DNA of 63,915 bases, filler included, from Olpidium bornovanus S191 (taxonomy: Eukaryota; Fungi; Olpidiomycota): the NCBI GenBank assembly GCA_017911155.1. It is 29 parts of 29 records of this genome, joined end to end, with 100 filler letters (N's around TTAATTAATTAA, not from the genome) between each part and the next. Parts side by side here need not be neighbours in the genome. Positions count along the whole stretch, not along the records: positions 59,525 to 61,329 come from JAEFCI010004351.1; positions 61,430 to 62,677 come from JAEFCI010012357.1; positions 62,778 to 63,915 come from JAEFCI010003862.1; 26 more parts are not named here. The stretch is one strand, 5' to 3'. The notes under the pieces are model-generated. The model had not been told where the DNA came from and ran no database searches. It saw only the letters and a list, made by a program, of their open reading frames with translations. A program made the translations under genes and the position numbers. This document shows, piece by piece, positions 59,530 through 63,915 of the stretch; position 1 is the stretch's first letter; each line of letters starts with the position of its first letter.

Positions 59530-59800
59530 GGGCGCCTCCGCGCACCGCCGCCGCGCAGAAGAGAAGGAGCGCCGCCGCCGCCGCCGCCGCCGCGCAGAAG
59601 AGAAGGAGCGCCGCCGCCGCCGCCGCCGCCGCGCAAAAGAGAAGAGGCGCCTCCGCGCACCGCCGCCGCGCAGAAGAGAAGGAGCGCCGCCGCCGCCGCC
59701 GCCGCCGCGCAAAAGAGAAGGGGCGCCGCCGCCGCCGCGCGCGCCGAAGGAAAGGAGCGCCGCCACCGCTGCGCAGAAGAAAAGGAGCGCCGCCCATCGG
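59530..59800. repeat. Imperfect ~30-36-bp repeats built from (CGC)n and GCGCAGAAGAGAAGGAGCGC
   Basis: About 7 copies, seen directly. Confidence 0.8.
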
Positions 59801-60339
59801 CGCCGCGTCGAGCAGCAGAGGAACCAGCAAACCATGGGCGAGGGTCAAGACCAGCAGCAGGGCGCGAGGACGGGCTCAGAAGAAGCCGCCGTCGCTCGCG
59901 GAAAGGGCCAAGCCGCCGACGAGGCCGGTGGAAGTCCCTCGCGTACCGCCCATGGCGCGTCGACGGCCGGGCAGGCGCTGCAGCGCCGCGGCGTCGCCAC
60001 AAACTCGGGACCAGTTCAGACGGCTCCCGGGACGGTCAGACCTGCCCAACGGGACCCCAAGGATGCCAAGAAGGTCGAGAGAACTGCCCGCACAGCCGGC
60101 GAGAGACCCTCTGCCGGGGGTGCTGATCAGCATGTTCGCTCCGCAGCACCGTACGACCGGGCAACGACGACAACGGTGCAATCCGGCCTGCCAGCAACAA
60201 AAACAATGTAAGCGACGCGCTTCCTGCAAGGGACAAGCGTGGCAAGCCCCTCACAGCTGCCGACAACCTTAGCAGCGGTAGCAGGACTGCTGGGAGGCCA
60301 GGGGACGGCACCCAGAAGGTACCCTGGCTGGGAGACGAA

Positions 60340-61329
60340 AAGCACTCGTTGCTCTCGAGACGTTCCGCAGCCGTTGCCCAACGGCAAGAAGAAGGCCGCC
60401 GACGACAAGAGCTCGAAGACCTTTGTATCAGGCTCCAACGAGCTGAGGAAGACAAGCGGCGTGCTCAGGAGGACACAGAGCGCGAACGCCGGAAGGCCGA
60501 ACAAGCCGAGAGGGACCTCGTGGAAGTCCTTGAGGAGGTGTGCGACAAGAGCGATGATGATGACGCTTTCAGCAACAAGGAGATCGGCCTGAACCATTCC
60601 ATTGCCATCGCCCAACATCGCCAACAAGCAGAGGACGCAGAAGAGCGCGAACGCAGTCTCTACTTCGATGCACAGTTGCAAGCGACGCCAGCTCGATCGG
60701 CACGCATGGCTCGTATGCATGCACATGTGCCGGTGCCAGAGGACGGATTGCTGGTCAAAAACTCGACTTAACGGCAGCCCCGACAGCCCCGGGGGCTCCA
60801 GTCCCAACTCCATCAATGGAGTTGAGTGCAAGACCCTCCTTGCTCACGGGAATTGCCAAGACGCTGTTCAGCAAGGTCCCTACGCTCGGCAGCGCGAAGT
60901 GCCAGGTGACAATCACACCAACGGTTCTCGACGAATGGGCGACCAAGTTAGAGTCAGCACTCGAAGTTGGACATCTCGATGATACAGCCGCATTGCAGCT
61001 CGCGGCCAGCACGCTCGCAGGACCGGCATTTGCTGTAGGGGAAGCGAACCGCAGAGATTTTCCCTACGGATCTTCTGGCCGCTGGCGCACCTACGTAGAA
61101 CTCAAGACCGCGTTATATGCCCAATTCTTCCCGACTGAGCACCGGGACGCCGTCCGCACGAAGCTCATCAGATTCGCAACATCAAATAAGATCAGTTCAT
61201 CACGGATTTCCTGGAGCTTTACTACCAGCTCCCAGCGCCTCGCGACGACACCACGTGGTCAACTCTGTTTCTCGAAGCACTTCCGGACGAGAGGAAGAAG
61301 TACGTGCTTTTTCTCCTCCCCCAACATGA
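60340..61329 (+). mobile_element. Ty3/gypsy-type gag with an upstream coiled-coil region, frameshifted
   Basis: A coiled-coil ORF (60349..60771) is followed by LDEWATKLESAL...WRTYVELKTALYAQFFPTEHRDAVRTKL/DFLELYYQL...LFLEALP, a Retrotrans_gag-like pattern. Confidence 0.72.
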
Positions 61330-62779
61330 NNNNNNNNNNNNNNNNNNNNNNNNNNNNNNNNNNNNNNNNNNNNTTAATTAATTAANNNNNNNNNNNNNNN
61401 NNNNNNNNNNNNNNNNNNNNNNNNNNNNNCCGCAAGCCGCATGTAAATTGAGTCAAAACGATTAGTGAACCCTGGACTCTATTAGATTGCAGAAAATTTA
61501 GTTCCATCAAGTTCTTGCCTACTTCTCAATCCGACGGGGGCCGGCCGGGGGAGTGGCCGGCACCGGCAACGGTCCGGGCCGCAGACGACGTGCCGATAGC
61601 GGCGCACAGCACTTACGCCATGTCCCGCAAGCGGAGGCCAAGGGTTTTGTGAGCCTCTGCCGTATTACCCCCGAAGTGCACTGGCACGGCAATCTGCTGA
61701 AGGTTTTGTGTATTGCGTGAGAAGCGGTCGTCTCAAAAACAGCAGGCGGGATATCACTGTGAAATTCCCCCACTCCGCGTAAAACTTTCACTCTGGAAAA
61801 ACCAGTGCGATGTCGGGTAGTGAAAACAGGATAGGAGACAAAGGTGAAAAAAAGCTCACTCGTGTGCAATGTTCGCGATCAGCAGGAATCAGGCAAACGG
61901 ATACTTGGTAGAGAAGGGGAAAGACGGTATTTAGCCAGGTGTTGCAGCTTCACCTTTGCGGCGCTGGCAAACCACCGCATCGGCTGGCACCTTGAGCCCA
62001 ATCCTTGATGTTCTTTATGCCTTGTTGAGGAGCGCGTCTGAACTGGTGAAAGGGAATGGAATTGAAATGACGCAAGAGAACGCCGTGAAGTCAGTCAAAT
62101 TTGGGCCCCTGACCTTCGGTGATGAATACGTCGCCCAAGTTTTTTTTCTGCTGGAATGCGAAATTTGCTTGATCTTGGTGGCAGTCAGGAGGTGGGAGGG
62201 TCTGCAGCTGCGCCGAGATAAAGAATGCAAATCTCACTGTGCAAGGCCCATACTTTTGGCCGCGGCGTGCATCGTTTGCGATTTTGATCACGCCGCCATC
62301 TTTCGATATAAAACAGGAGGATGTGCTTGACAGCGTTTTGAAACCGGGGGATCTCAAAGCGAAATCTCCGATGGACGTGCCCCTGCGCGAGCCCTCCGGA
62401 ACACGACGCCCTTTGCTTTTGCCCCGAAAAGTCGTCGCGAGGCGGGCAGCGCGGTTAGAAAGGGGTTGGTTTATTCTGCCGCGGCCGCTCAAAAAAAAAG
62501 AAAAAAGGAAAAAAAAACCCCCGGCACCGTTCGCCGGGTTACCCGCGCGCTCTCGTCGCACGGGGCCGGCGTGGGAGAAAAGCGGGTCAGTCGCGCCGAA
62601 CGGGCCTACCGACGGCGAAAACGGCGTCCGGGTCCCGGTCCTGTTCTGCCCCCCCCCCCCCCCCCCCCCCGCCCCTCNNNNNNNNNNNNNNNNNNNNNNN
62701 NNNNNNNNNNNNNNNNNNNNNTTAATTAATTAANNNNNNNNNNNNNNNNNNNNNNNNNNNNNNNNNNNNNNNNNNNNCC

Positions 62780-63562
62780 ATGCCGGGCGCCTCCCTGCCC
62801 GGCGGGTGCCTGCGCTACGACCAGCTCGCCCGCACCCAGCCGCTCGGGGAGGTCACTTACCAGTGGGAGGAGCTCGGCCGCGGCAGCGACCAGCTGCTCG
62901 TCTTCAACGGCCTCGTCCTGAACTTGACCGAGTACTTCAGCTTCACGGGCGGCGCCGTGCCCGCCACGACGGACCCCTGGTACGTCGTCGACGCGACGAT
63001 CCGCAGGAACCTGGTGCGTCCCGACCCGGCGAAGACCTCCTCCCGCACACCTTCCGCCCCGCTTTTCCCCGGAGCGGGAGCAAACTAACGGCGCGAACGC
63101 CGCCGCCGCCGCCGCCAGGGTCTCGATTCCACCATAAGCATGCTGTCGACGCCGCAGACCGCGGCGTTCGCCCCCTGCATGGCCGCGCGGTTCCGCGTGG
63201 GGATCCTGAGCAAGGAGTCGGTCGGGTGCGGGGCGGCGTCGGTGATCATGATCGCGGCGCTCACCGTGGTCCTCGGCATCATCCTCGGCCGGTTCTTCAT
63301 GGCGGTCACGTTCTCGTGGTTCCTCTCCAAGGGGATGGTCAAGATCAGCGCCGAAGGCGGCGACCGCATCGACCTGGGTCGCACGCCCGACGCGGACTTT
63401 CCCGACCCCGGCAGCGACGCGACCCAGCTCAGCCCCGTCAACGCGGCGGGCGACCCCCTCATGTACACGATGATGCTCGTCACGTGTTATTCGGAAGGCG
63501 AGTCGAGCCTGCGGTGCACCCTCGAGAGCCTGGCGGAAACGACGTACGACGAGAAGTACAAG
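62780..63562 (+). CDS. Chitin synthase class IV (Chs3-like), internal exons
   Basis: Encodes QLLVFNGLVLNLTEYF, CMAARFRVGILSKESVGC, TM VVLGIILGRFFMAVTFSWFLS and LVTCYSEGESSLRCTLESLAETTYDEKYK, followed by a GT donor. Confidence 0.9.
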
Positions 63563-63859
63563 GTGGGTGAACGGGGTGGGGGTGGGGGGGGGGGGGGGAA
63601 AGGGGAAAGGGCCGGGGAAAGAAAAAAAAAAAAAGGTTTTTGTTTTTTCTTTGGTACCGTCGTCGCCAAAAGACAAGAACGTTTTTCTGACCCGTGCCGG
63701 GGCCGGATCGGGGTGGTTGCCGTGTCGGGGGGTTGTTGGTGTGTGGGTTGGGCGGCGGTCGGGGGCGGTTGTGGTGGTGGTGGCGACGGTGGCGGTGGTG
63801 GTGGCGGTTGTGGTGGCGGCGGCGGCGGCGGCGTGGGGGGGAAACCCCGTGGCCGGGGT

Positions 63860-63904
<45 letters not shown>

Positions 63905-63915
63905 GCGGGGGGGGG

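Noticed and set aside
61430-62677. Possible plus-strand exons on contig 28; similar unassigned fragments at 31360-32464, 37100-37850 and 52370-52700
   Set aside because: No identifiable product, so there is too little support to annotate.

Overview
This window is not contiguous DNA. It is 29 short contigs (about 1-7 kb) joined by 28 artificial 100-bp linkers (44 N + TTAATTAATTAA + 44 N), so synteny holds only within a contig. The source is a GC-rich, intron-rich fungus: two chitin synthase fragments, GT-AG introns often with GTACG donors, and very long homopolymer runs. An early-diverging lineage such as Olpidium is my inference, not something the sequence proves. Recognisable genes, mostly partial: class II eIF4E, Rab8/Sec4, Tgl2-like lipase, XPB/Ssl2, acyl-CoA dehydrogenase, DEK_C-SWIB protein, TMEM230, ITPase Ham1, C1D/Rrp47, tRNA-Ala(TGC), chitin synthase x2, PMCA Ca-ATPase, ABCB1, Vma16, mitochondrial aspartate aminotransferase, Taf2, Coa1, a secreted cupredoxin, a ZZ-finger protein and an LEA-like protein. 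Many decayed Ty1/copia and Ty3/gypsy pieces are also present. Best candidate for something new: a spliced TET/JBP-like 2OG-Fe(II) dioxygenase gene (24996-26994) with an HxD...H...R signature. It abuts, in antisense, the integrase-chromodomain end of a chromovirus with no visible LTR between them. A second, frameshifted homolog (about 18700-19620) sits beside gypsy RT remnants on another contig. Also notable is an orphan secreted precursor with a Kex2 site followed by an antimicrobial-peptide-like helix (32822-33745). All family assignments come from motif recognition by eye; no database searches were run.
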